Part shown: piece after piece, positions 17,855 through 28,600 of the stretch
Position numbering within the stretch: the stretch's first letter is position 1
Layout: each line of letters starts with the position of its first letter
Origin: Myxococcales bacterium
GTDB lineage: Bacteria > Myxococcota_A > UBA9042
Reading direction: 5' to 3'
Assembly: GCA_037441385.1 (NCBI GenBank)
Contig: JBBISH010000083.1
Location: 1-30,345 of the forward strand
Length of the DNA stretch: 30,345 bases
The notes under the pieces: model-generated
The model's input: the letters and a program-made list of their open reading frames with translations, nothing else
Databases searched by the model: none
Told to the model about the DNA's origin: nothing
Position numbers and translations under genes: made by a program

Positions 17855-18232
17855 CCCCCCATTTTCTAGTACTTGAAATTGTGAAGGTATCCACGCGAGT
17901 CGGCCCCAAATTCACGGCCGCCGAGTGGTGCCCAGCCCTCACGACGAGGGCACCGTCGCGATAGTTGACTGTCGGGTCACTGACTCAGCGGTCAATGACT
18001 ACTTGGTCAGAAATGGCAACCTGCTTCTCCAGAAGCCAGCGGCAGTCAGACCTTCAGGGCGCGACCTGAGCGGAGGATCGCCAATGTAATTCACAGGTAG
18101 AAAATGCCCCCCAAACAAATCGACCTCGTCGGCCAAAAACACCACCGCCCGCACGGGCTGACCTCGACGCGAAGTCCAAGGGCCCGGCGGGCGGCAATGT
18201 CGTGCGATTTCAGCCACTAGAAAATGGCCGCC
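17855..18232. repeat. Three copies of a dispersed ~25-bp intergenic motif (A[T/A]TTCA-N4/5-TAGAAA[A]TG followed by a G/C run)
   Basis: 17855-17879 (-), 18088-18112 (+), 18207-18232 (+); further copies at 22987-23011 (-) and, partial, 30326-30345 (-). Confidence 0.65.
17966..18009. promoter_or_regulatory. Three tandem 14-bp dyads TGACT-N4-GGTCA, 15-bp period (operator-like)
   Basis: TGACTGTCGGGTCA c TGACTCAGCGGTCA a TGACTACTTGGTCA. Confidence 0.6.
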
Positions 18233-18243
18233 ATCGTGTTTGG

Positions 18244-19578
<1,335 letters not shown>

Positions 19579-20008
19579 CTGGAGACCTCCGGAAGTGGCT
19601 CCCTACCGAAATCGGGCTGATCCGGTGACTGCGCCGGTGCCGCGAACCTGCGGCCAGGCATAGGCGGGGAGGGACGGCGGCGAAACCCGCAGTTTCGGGC
19701 CGTTGCCGCGCACTAGTTAGGCTACCGCACCCGCAGAGTCAACGGCCGGACCCGCGCCCGCTACGCACGCGTGACAGAGCGCCGCCAACTTCCTCCCATC
19801 GGTCTGCCCTAGCCCGCCCCTCAGCCGCCAAGGTCCTGCAGCCTTTGCAGAAAATTGCCCCGCCGCGGCAGCCCGCATTGCACCGCCCACTGCCGCAATG
19901 TGATCGCCCGCCGCGGACCGGTCGCGGGGGACTTGCGCGGCGAGCGCCCAAAGCTGATCCTCGCCGGGGCGACCCGCGCGGACCTGCGGCAGGACCAGAA
20001 AGGTGGGC

Positions 20009-22975
20009 ATGAACGTAGAACAACTTCGGCAGCGCTACTACGACCGCTTCAACCAAGACAGCGACGGGTCGCGCGACTACATGACCGACCGCATCCGCGA
20101 CATCTTGCTGGTGTCGACGTTCTACGACGCCTTCGTTTTTGAACAAGACGGCGTACTCTCAGAGCAGTTGTTCAGCGAGTACCGGCAGTTGGCGCTGTCG
20201 TTCCCGCCGCGCGTAACCAGTGTGTCCAGCGCTCCGGCGGCGCTGTTGGCGCTGCAAAATCGCCGCTACGACTTGGTCATCACCACGCTGCGCATCGGCG
20301 ACATCTCGCCGTTTGACCTGGCCGCGCGCATCAAGGCCGACTTCCCCGGCACGCCCGTGCTGCTTTTGCTCAACAACGAAGCGGACCTGGCCTACCTGCA
20401 GCTGCAGCGCGCCCGCATGACGAACATCGACGAGGTGTTCCTGTGGAACGGCGACAGCACGGTGTTCTTGGCGGCCATCAAGACGCTGGAAGACAAGCGG
20501 AACCTGGTCGAAGACGCCCGCCGCCTGGTGCGCATCATCCTAGTCATCGAAGACTCGGTGCACCACTACTCCGCGTTCCTCCCGGCCCTGTACTCGCAGC
20601 TTTTCAAGCAGACCCAGCAACTTATCGCCGAAGAGGTGACCGCGTCGAACCGGCAGCAGCGCATGCGGATGCGGCCCAAGGTGGTGCTCGCCCACAATTT
20701 CGCTGAGGCCGAGCGCTTCTACGCCGAGTTCAAAGAGAACTTGCTATGCGTCATCACCGACGTGCAGTATGAGCGCAACGGCAAGCTCGACGACGCCGCC
20801 GGTGTCCGCTTTGTCCAGCAGATTCGGGCGGATGGCTGCCATGTGCCCGTGCTGCTGCAGTCGCTGGACAAGTCGAATCAAGACAAGGCCCACGCTTTGG
20901 GCGCACACTTCTTGCACAAGGAGTCGCACACGCTGTTGGCAGAACTCCGCGACTTCATTGTGGAGCAACTCGGTTTTGGCGACTTCGTGTTCCGTACCGA
21001 GAAGGGGCCCGAGTGCGCCCGCGCGACCACCATGGCCAACTTCATGGAGCTGCTGGCCAAAGTGCCCGAAGATTCGGTGCTTTATCATGCGCGCCACAAC
21101 CACTTCTCGGCCTGGCTGCTCGCCCACGGCGAGATTGCGTTTGCCAAGAAGCTGCAGCCGATGAAGGTGCAGGACTTTGCCAACCCGGGGCATCTGCGGC
21201 GGTTCCTCATCGACGTCTTCGAGGAGATCGAGCGCGCCAAGAACCGCGGCCGCGTGGTGGACCCGGCCACGTGGAAGCACCTGGAGCGCGAGCAGATCGT
21301 GCGCTTGCGCGAGGGCGGTCTGGGCGGCAAGGGCCGCGGGCTCGCCTTTTTGAACACGCTGCTGGCGACGCTGGACTATCGGCGGCGTTTCCCCAACATC
21401 GACGTGACCTTGCCGGCCACCGCCATCGTCGGCACCGCCGAGTTCGACGAGTTTTTGGAGCGCAACCACATCGGTCGCGACATCGTGGGCCTGACCGACG
21501 ACGCCATCCGCGCCACGTTCTTGGCTGGCGACCTGTCGCCGCTCCTCATCGAGCGCCTGAACTGGTTCGTCGAGCATGTGCGCAGCCCGCTGGCTGTGCG
21601 GTCGTCGGGCCTGCTCGAAGACTCGCAATCCTGCCCGTTTGCGGGGGTTTACAAGACCTACATGCTGCCCAACCAGCACCCCGACACGCAGGCACGCAGC
21701 GAGTTCTTGCAGTCGGCCATCAAGCTCGTGTTTGCCTGCGTGTTCGAGCGCGAGAGCCGCGAGTACATCCAGGGCAGCAAGTTCCACATCGAAGAAGAGA
21801 AGATGGCCGTGGTGATTCAAGAAATCGCCGGCGACTTCCATGGCAACTACTACTACCCCACGGTCTCGGGCGTGGCGCAGTCCTACAATTTCTACCCCAC
21901 CGGGCCCAGCCGGCCGGCCGACGGCATCGCGACCGTGGCGCTGGGGCTGGGCAAGGCGGTGGTCGAGGGCAACCGCGTCTATCGCTTCTGCCCGCGCTAC
22001 CCGCGGATGGAGCTGCTCGCCCAAGAGGATCTGGTTCGCGGAACCCAGCGCGATTTCTGGGCGATTCGCCTGGACGCGGGCCAGCAGGCGCTCTTGGCCG
22101 GCGAGGACGGCACGCTAGAGAATCTGGACCTGCGCACCGCCGAGCAGCACGGCACCTTGCAAGCCGTGGCGTCGGTTTGGGATTTCCAGAACGACCAGCT
22201 CATCGACGGACCCTTCGACCGGCGCGGGCCGCGGATCGTCTCGTTCGCCAACATCTTGAAGTACAACGCGTTCCCCCTTGCCGAGCTGCTGCAGGACCTA
22301 TTGGTCATCGGCGAGGGCGCCATGGGCGGCCCGGTCGAGATGGAATTCGCGGTGTTGCCGCACCCCGGACCTGGGCGTCGGCCCACCTTTTTCCCGTTGC
22401 AGATTCGGCCGCTTAGCGTCGATCACGCCGAGGTCGACGTGCCCGACGTGGGCGAAGTGAGCCGGGGCGAGGTGGTGCTCTACACGCGCGCCGGTCTGGG
22501 CAACGGCATCACCGAGGGCCTTGCCGACTTCATCTACGTGGACCGCGACCGCTTCAACCCCACCGAGACGGTGGCCATCCAGCACGAACTCGCCGAGCTG
22601 AACCGAAAAATGCGCGACATTGGCCGCAGTTACGTGCTCATCGGGCCCGGCCGCTGGGGCTCGCGCGACCGCTTCCTGGGCATTCCGGTGGCCTGGGCCG
22701 ACATCAGCGAAGCGCGGGCCATCGTCGAGGCGGACTTGGAGCACTTCCGCGTCGACGCGTCGCAGGGCACCCACTTCTTCCACAACCTGGTCAGCATGCA
22801 CGTGGGCTACCTGAAGGTGCAGCACGGCTCAAGTACGGGCTGGGTGGATTGGGACTGGCTTGCCCAGCAGCCCGAGGTCGAGCGCACCGCCCACTGCGTG
22901 CACGTGCGGCCCGAGCGCCCCTGCTCGCTGCGCATGGATGGCCGCACCGGCAAGGCGATGGTGACCAAGGGCTAG
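20009..22975 (+). CDS. Receiver-domain(s) + PEP synthase/PPDK N-terminal ATP-grasp domain protein (988 aa)
   Basis: N-terminal REC-like folds (YDLVITT; ILVIEDS...CVITD...PVLLQS...FLHK); GGKGRGL, PLAVRSSGLLEDS...FAGVY, EEKMAVVIQ, GLGKAVVEG, VEMEFA, LQIRP; C-terminal GPGRWGS...SQGTHFFHN. Confidence 0.88.
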   Translation: MNVEQLRQRYYDRFNQDSDGSRDYMTDRIRDILLVSTFYDAFVFEQDGVLSEQLFSEYRQLALSFPPRVTSVSSAPAALLALQNRRYDLVITTLRIGDISPFDLAARIKADFPGTPVLLLLNNEADLAYLQLQRARMTNIDEVFLWNGDSTVFLAAIKTLEDKRNLVEDARRLVRIILVIEDSVHHYSAFLPALYSQLFKQTQQLIAEEVTASNRQQRMRMRPKVVLAHNFAEAERFYAEFKENLLCVITDVQYERNGKLDDAAGVRFVQQIRADGCHVPVLLQSLDKSNQDKAHALGAHFLHKESHTLLAELRDFIVEQLGFGDFVFRTEKGPECARATTMANFMELLAKVPEDSVLYHARHNHFSAWLLAHGEIAFAKKLQPMKVQDFANPGHLRRFLIDVFEEIERAKNRGRVVDPATWKHLEREQIVRLREGGLGGKGRGLAFLNTLLATLDYRRRFPNIDVTLPATAIVGTAEFDEFLERNHIGRDIVGLTDDAIRATFLAGDLSPLLIERLNWFVEHVRSPLAVRSSGLLEDSQSCPFAGVYKTYMLPNQHPDTQARSEFLQSAIKLVFACVFERESREYIQGSKFHIEEEKMAVVIQEIAGDFHGNYYYPTVSGVAQSYNFYPTGPSRPADGIATVALGLGKAVVEGNRVYRFCPRYPRMELLAQEDLVRGTQRDFWAIRLDAGQQALLAGEDGTLENLDLRTAEQHGTLQAVASVWDFQNDQLIDGPFDRRGPRIVSFANILKYNAFPLAELLQDLLVIGEGAMGGPVEMEFAVLPHPGPGRRPTFFPLQIRPLSVDHAEVDVPDVGEVSRGEVVLYTRAGLGNGITEGLADFIYVDRDRFNPTETVAIQHELAELNRKMRDIGRSYVLIGPGRWGSRDRFLGIPVAWADISEARAIVEADLEHFRVDASQGTHFFHNLVSMHVGYLKVQHGSSTGWVDWDWLAQQPEVERTAHCVHVRPERPCSLRMDGRTGKAMVTKG

Positions 22976-22986
22976 CCGATCCGCTT

Positions 22987-23011
22987 GGGGGGCATTTCTA
23001 CTGGCTGAAAT
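22987..23011 (-). repeat. Copy of the dispersed intergenic motif
   Basis: ATTTCAGCCAGTAGAAATGCCCCCC on the minus strand, between convergent stop codons. Confidence 0.65.
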
Positions 23012-23026
23012 GACTCGACAAGTTGG

Positions 23027-23524
23027 CTAGACGACCGTCAGCACCTCTAGCTCGCGCACGCCGCCGGCCACCCGCGCCGTCACCTCGTCGCCGGCCTGCT
23101 TGCCCAGCAGGGCCAGCGCCAGCGGGGCACCCTGCCACACCGTCTGCACGGCCATGCCCGCGACCTGCAGCAAGGCGGCCGCCGCAAAAGGCGTGATGAA
23201 CAGCCAGTTCGCGCCCTTGCGATCCTCGACCAGGACCAGCGCGCCCGCCGCCACCTGCTCCAGCCTGGCGGTCGGCTGCCAGTTGTGCAGCGCGGCCAGG
23301 GTGCGGCGCAGCGCCTCGATCCGCTCGGTCTGGCCGGCGGCCAGGTAGCTCTGCTCCAAGGCGCGGGTGTCGTACTTGTTCTCGGGCCGAGCTTCTTCGT
23401 CGGTGGCAGCCTGGACGGCGGCCTGGACCGCACCGCACAGCGTGTGCAACTGCTCGGTCAGGGCGCGACGCAAAGCATCGACAACGGCGGTTTTGTTGGG
23501 AAATCGTGTCGAGTCGGCAGACAT
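23027..23524 (-). CDS. GreA/GreB-family elongation factor-like protein
   Basis: Coiled coil with ATDEEARPENKYDTRALEQSYLAAGQ; C-terminal APLALALLGKQAGDEV. Confidence 0.85.
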   Translation of the reverse strand: MSADSTRFPNKTAVVDALRRALTEQLHTLCGAVQAAVQAATDEEARPENKYDTRALEQSYLAAGQTERIEALRRTLAALHNWQPTARLEQVAAGALVLVEDRKGANWLFITPFAAAALLQVAGMAVQTVWQGAPLALALLGKQAGDEVTARVAGGVRELEVLTVV

Positions 23525-23532
23525 GGCTTTGC

Positions 23533-24347
23533 CTATTTCACCGGGCCCAGCGGCGCGCTGGCGGCCGCAAAGGCAAAAAGGGCTTCGTCGTCGGTCTGCA
23601 GGCCCAGGTCCACGCGCGCCTGGGGCGAGAGGTCACCAACCCTCTATCGCACCAACCGTGGGTATCCATGTGGTACGCCTGGATCGCGCGCACGCGCTGC
23701 GCTGGGTTGGTGGCCGGCGTCTGCGTATGGTGGATGGTGATGCGCCAGCGGGCCTTGTCGTTGGCCGTACACTTGGTCGGCCGCGCTTTCCAGGTCGCGC
23801 GATCGACGATCCCCACGCCGCTCAACGAGGTGCTCAGGCTGCCCGACTGCTGGCCAAAGCCGTCGCCACTCGCCGCGCTCTCTGCCGTCACAGGGACGGT
23901 CGCCGCCCACTCCAGCTTCTGCAGCCAGTCGACTTCGTCAGCCCGAATGCGCAGTTGTGCTGCATCGCCCCTGGCCGCAAAGCCCGCCACCAGCACCCGC
24001 AGCGACCCCTCGCTGAAGGTCGTGCTCAGCGGCTGCCAGGCGGCCAGCACCTGACCGTTCTTCAGCAACTGCGCTTCCATCCTTGGGTTCTTGTCCTCCG
24101 CGCTCACGTCGCACAAGGCGCCCACGCGCGCGACCGTGGCGGGCAGCGCGGGCGACACCAGCCACTCGCCGTCGCGCAGCCAGGTCCGCACCAGGCTGCT
24201 CAGATCCTCGTGGCGCTCGGCGCCGCGGTCGTCGTCCAACCCGGCCACGGTCGGCGCAGCGGCGGCGGGCGTAGGCTCTTCGCACCCCAGCAAGGGCGCG
24301 GTCAACAGCACCAGCCATCCCAACCAGGACAAGAAGTTGTGGCGCAT
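23533..24347 (-). pseudogene. Lipoprotein with truncated N-acetylmuramoyl-L-alanine amidase (PGRP-like) domain
   Basis: LLGC lipobox; IVDRATWKAR...ITIHHT...VRAIQAYHMDTHGWCD, then the fold is lost abruptly at ~23645; a coding-like tail in another frame ends at TAG 23533. Confidence 0.7.
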
Positions 24348-24519
24348 GGGCAGAGACCCGGCGAACATCGGTCGCGCGCAGACTGTGGCGCAAGTCCAGG
24401 CTGGCGGCAAGGGCCATTGTTGCCCGCTGGCCCCGCGCGAGCCCTATGCGCCGGCTCGGCTGACCGCTATGATGCCCGCCTAGCCGCCACCGCCTTGGCC
24501 GCTGCGCAGGACACCGCCC

Positions 24520-25608
24520 ATGGCCCAGAAATCCCTTTTTGTTCTTGCGATCTTGCTCGCTCTGGCCAGTCTGCCCGCCTGCGGCAGCGACCCTGCTCCC
24601 GCCGCGACCGACGCCAAGACCAGCGGCGACAGCGTGGCCGATAGCGCGGCCGACAGCGGCAGTGCGGATGCGAGCCCGACGGACACCGCCCCGGTCGACG
24701 CCGCCGCTGATGTCAGCCCGGCCGTCAAGCCCGTCTTGCCGCCCGCCAAGCCCGCGGATGCACTGGTGGTGCTGACCTACAACGTGATGTGCTCGTTCTG
24801 CATCAACTCGGACCACATGGACTGGGACCAGAAGTGGCTGGACCGCGTCCCCTGGCTGCGCGACGTTTTCATGCGGATGGACGCGGACTTGATGGGCATC
24901 CAAGAGCTGCAGGCGACGCTCCCCACCAAAACGGGCAAGCCCGAGGCCGAGGAGCTGTTCGGCGAGAATTCGCCCTGGGCCTACGCCTACCACCACGCCA
25001 CCCCCACGAACGCCGAAGATCACGACTACCCCGACGCGCTCGTCGCGTGGAAGAAGGACCGCTTCGACAAGCTAGAGCAGGGCGAGTTCTGGCTGAGCCC
25101 CACGCCCGACGTCCCGCTGTCGTGGGGCCTGGCTGGCAAGGCGCAGTTCGCGCGCCTGGTGCTGTGGGTCAAGCTGCACGACAAGGTCGCCAACCGCGAT
25201 CTGTATTTTGCCAGCACTCACTTTGACAACAACGCCCCCAGCCAAGAGAAGTCGTCGCCGATTGCGCTGGAGCGCCTGGGGCCACTGACCAAGAATGCCC
25301 CGCTCATCGTCACGGGCGACTTCAATTCCAACCCCTCGACCAAGGCGTATGCGCTGCTGGTGGCCGGGCAAGAGAACGTGTCGCCGCCGTGGCAGGATAC
25401 GTTTGTCGCGGCCAAGACTTGGAGCATGGTCCACAACCAGCCCAGCGCGCCGGCCTACGATCCGCAGACGCGCATCGACCACATCTTCGTCGTGGGCCCC
25501 AAGGCCACGGTTGCCTGGTGGGGCATCGATTTCTGGCGGTATGGCGAGAAGTTCCAGGCCCCGTCCGATCACGATGGCGCGATTGTCAGCTACATCCAGC
25601 TGCCCTAG
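24520..25608 (+). CDS. Endonuclease/exonuclease/phosphatase (EEP) family lipoprotein
   Basis: LPAC lipobox and Ala/Asp linker; TYNV, GIQE, GEFWLS.TPD, STHFD, TGDFNS, RIDHIF, PSDH. Confidence 0.92.
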   Translation: MAQKSLFVLAILLALASLPACGSDPAPAATDAKTSGDSVADSAADSGSADASPTDTAPVDAAADVSPAVKPVLPPAKPADALVVLTYNVMCSFCINSDHMDWDQKWLDRVPWLRDVFMRMDADLMGIQELQATLPTKTGKPEAEELFGENSPWAYAYHHATPTNAEDHDYPDALVAWKKDRFDKLEQGEFWLSPTPDVPLSWGLAGKAQFARLVLWVKLHDKVANRDLYFASTHFDNNAPSQEKSSPIALERLGPLTKNAPLIVTGDFNSNPSTKAYALLVAGQENVSPPWQDTFVAAKTWSMVHNQPSAPAYDPQTRIDHIFVVGPKATVAWWGIDFWRYGEKFQAPSDHDGAIVSYIQLP

Positions 25609-28600
25609 AACTGGCGGAAATACAGCACGGGCCGCCGGACGGCGCTCCCAGTGCAGACGTTGGCCAGCGCGAGCAAGCTGTTGTTGCCCACGTCCATGTC
25701 CACATGGCCCATCAGGTTGCCCGCGCAGCTGGTGGTTGGCCAAGCCGGCGCGGCGTCGCCCAGGTCGTGCTCGGTCCACGTTGTGACATCGCTTTGGCTG
25801 TTGAGGGCGTCCAGGTGGGTGAGCAGCACCGCGCGCCGCGACTGCTTGTTCACCGGGTCTGGTTTGGTCCCAAAGATGAGCACGTAGCCGCCGTACTTAG
25901 CCACGCTGCTGAACACGTAGCCGGCCTGGGCCGCGGAGACGACGGTCGCTGCCAACAGGCCGGTCGTGCCAACTTTGCTGTAGGCCACGTAGCCGGCCGG
26001 GCCAACGACCCAGCGATCCGAGCTGCCGGTGGCGCCGCCCTTGAACGCCACGTCGGTGGCCCACAGGTCGAACCAGCGCGACACCGCCGGTGCCGACAGG
26101 GCTGGCCCAAGTGTGGCGCCGTACGAGAGGGTGCCTTGCGGGGCGACCAAAGCACTCAGGCCTGTGAAAAGCGTGTTCGCGCTGTTGACCACGGGATCGG
26201 CGACGTGGTGCGCGGCCGTGGCGGCGCAGCCCAGGCAGCCCGTGCTGGTCGAAATGTGGGCGGCAGCAGGGCGGTGGGTGGCAGCCAGGCTGGTGGCCGC
26301 ACAGCTTGTGGCCGCGCCCGCCGACGCGCCGGTGCACTGCAAGAGCCAGCCGTTGCCGGTGTTGGCGCCCGTGCCCACGGCCGAGACGACCAGATTGGCG
26401 CCAACCACGCGCGCGTCCACGTCGTACCAGTCTACGGGCTCGGCGATGGCGACGCTGATGGGTTTGCCGTAGTTGCCCACGGTCCACGTCGTGGCGCCCG
26501 CGGCCATGGCGGCCGAAAGGTTGCCGTTGCCCAGCACGACGCGATTGGCCAGGCCGCGCATCGGGCCGGCGCCCACGGTCACGGGCGTGCCCCACACCAG
26601 CGGCTTGCCTGCCACCGTGCCGGCGGTCGAGGGGAATACCTTCCACGTGCCCGCCACGGTCTCATCGGCCGCCGCGGCGTCGTTGGCCAACAGGTGCCAT
26701 CCGGCGGCTTCGGTCTGGTAGGCGACTCGCGAGGCTGGTCCTTGCGACGGGCCGGGTAGCATCAAGAAGCCATTGCACGTGCCGGCATAGCAGCTGTCGC
26801 CGTAGGTTGTGGCGCTGTTGTCGTTGCATGGCGTGAAGTCGGGCAATGCCGCGCCCGCCACGCAGGCCTGGACGCCGTCGCAGGCATCGCCGTTGGTGCA
26901 GGGGTTGCCATCGCTACAGGCGGTGCCCTTGGTCATCGGCTCGGTGGTGCAGCCTTTGGCGGCCTCGGTGCAGAGCGCGTTGAAGCAGGTGGCCGGCTTG
27001 CCGCAGGTTGGCGCCGGGCCGCCCACGCATTTGCCGGCGCCGTCGCAGGCATCGGCGGTGGTGCAGAAAAGCCCGTCGTCGCAAGCGGTTGCTGCGGCCT
27101 TGGGCGCCTTCTTGCAGGCCGCGGCGCCGGTCGTGGCGACGTAGCAGGTGCCCGTGTTGCAGCCGTCGGTTTGCGCACTGCAGTCGTAGAGTTTGGTGGC
27201 CTTGCAGGTGGTGCCCGAGCAGGCGCTGGCTGTGCTGCAGGCGTCGCCATCGTCGCACGCCGTGCCGGCGGTGACGGCCGTGTTGCTGCACTTGCCTGCT
27301 ACGCACGCGTCGGCGGTGCAGGCGTTGGCGTCGTTGCAGTCGGCGTTGGTCTTGCATTGGCACGTCCAGCTGCCCACGCACGCGCCGTTGGCATCGCATG
27401 CGTCGCCGCTGGTGCACGCGTTGGCGTCGTCGCACTTGGCGCCCGCGGCTGGGGTGCTGACGCAACCTTTGACGGGGTCGCAACTGTCGGTGGTGCAAGC
27501 GTTCTTGTCGTCGCAGACCACGGTGACCTGGCCCGCGCAGCCGCCGGTGGCGGTACAGGCGTCGCCGGTCGTGCACACGCTGCCGTCCGAGCAAGCCGAG
27601 CCTGCCGCAGCGGCCTTGGTGGCGCAGGCGCCCTTGGCGGGATCGCAGAAGCCGACCAAACAGTTGCCGCCGGGGCACGTGGGCGCCGCGCCCCCCGCGC
27701 ACTTGCCGGCGCCGTCGCAGTGGTCGCCGCTGGTGCAGAATTGGCCATCGTCGCAGCCCACCGTGCTGGCCTTGGGCGACTTGGTGCAGGTCTTGCCGGC
27801 CTCGCTGCAAACGCCGGTGTTGCAGGCGTCGCTTTGGGCGGCGCACGACAGGGGGATGCCACCCGCGCAGGTGCCCGTGCCGTCGCAGGTTTCGCCGGTG
27901 GTGCAGTACAGGCCGTCGTCGCAGGCGGTGCCCTTGGGCGACGGCGAGTTGGTGCAGGTATGGCTGTTGGCGCCAGTTGAGGTGCAGGTGGCCGGCTGGC
28001 ACAGCTTGCTTTGGTCCGAGCAATTGACCGGGGTTCCGGGCGTGCACGCGCCGCTGGCGCACTTGTCGTCGGCCGTGCAGCCGCTGCCATCGGCGTCGCA
28101 GGCGGTGCCGTCGGCCTTGGCCACGGTTTCGCACTTGCCGGTCGCGGGGTTGCAGGCTGCCGACTGGCAGGGCCCGGCGCCGGAGCATTGGATGGGTTTG
28201 TTGCCAGGGGTGCACGCGCCCGCGCTGCAGGTGCCGCTGCCGGCTTGCTGGCACTTGTCGGCTGGGTCGCACGCGGTTCCGTTGGCGCCGGCCGCGTCGC
28301 TGCTGCACGAACCGGCGACGCACTTGTCTACGGTGCACGGGTTGTTGTCGTTGCAGCCCGCGTCGTCTTTGCATTGGCACGTGTAGGTCCCGGTGCACTG
28401 GCCGCCGCTGCACTTGTTGGTGGTGCAGGGGTCGCCGTCGTCGCAGGTTGCGCTGTCGTTGGCCGGGTGGGCGCAGCCGGTGGCGCCGCCGCACGTGTCG
28501 GTGGTGCAGGGGTTGTTGTCGTCGCAGGCCGCGTCGTTGGCCTTGTTGCTGCAGTTGCCCGTGGCCGGGTCGCACGTGTCAAAGGTGCAGGCCTGGCCGT

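Noticed and set aside
14362..17862. Long antisense ORFs (1166 aa here; also 4963-6378, 12664-14208, 18202-19620, 20744-22024, 28011-29882)
   Set aside because: Shadow frames of well-supported genes in high-GC DNA; no recognisable motifs.
18010..18090. Riboswitch (glycine-like CTCAGG/GAAGG words on the minus strand)
   Set aside because: Motif order does not fit and there is no downstream gene start.
19579..20008. Sigma54/NtrC sites in the gdhA divergent promoter
   Set aside because: No convincing TGGCAC-N5-TTGC or TGCAC-N7-GTGCA match found by eye.
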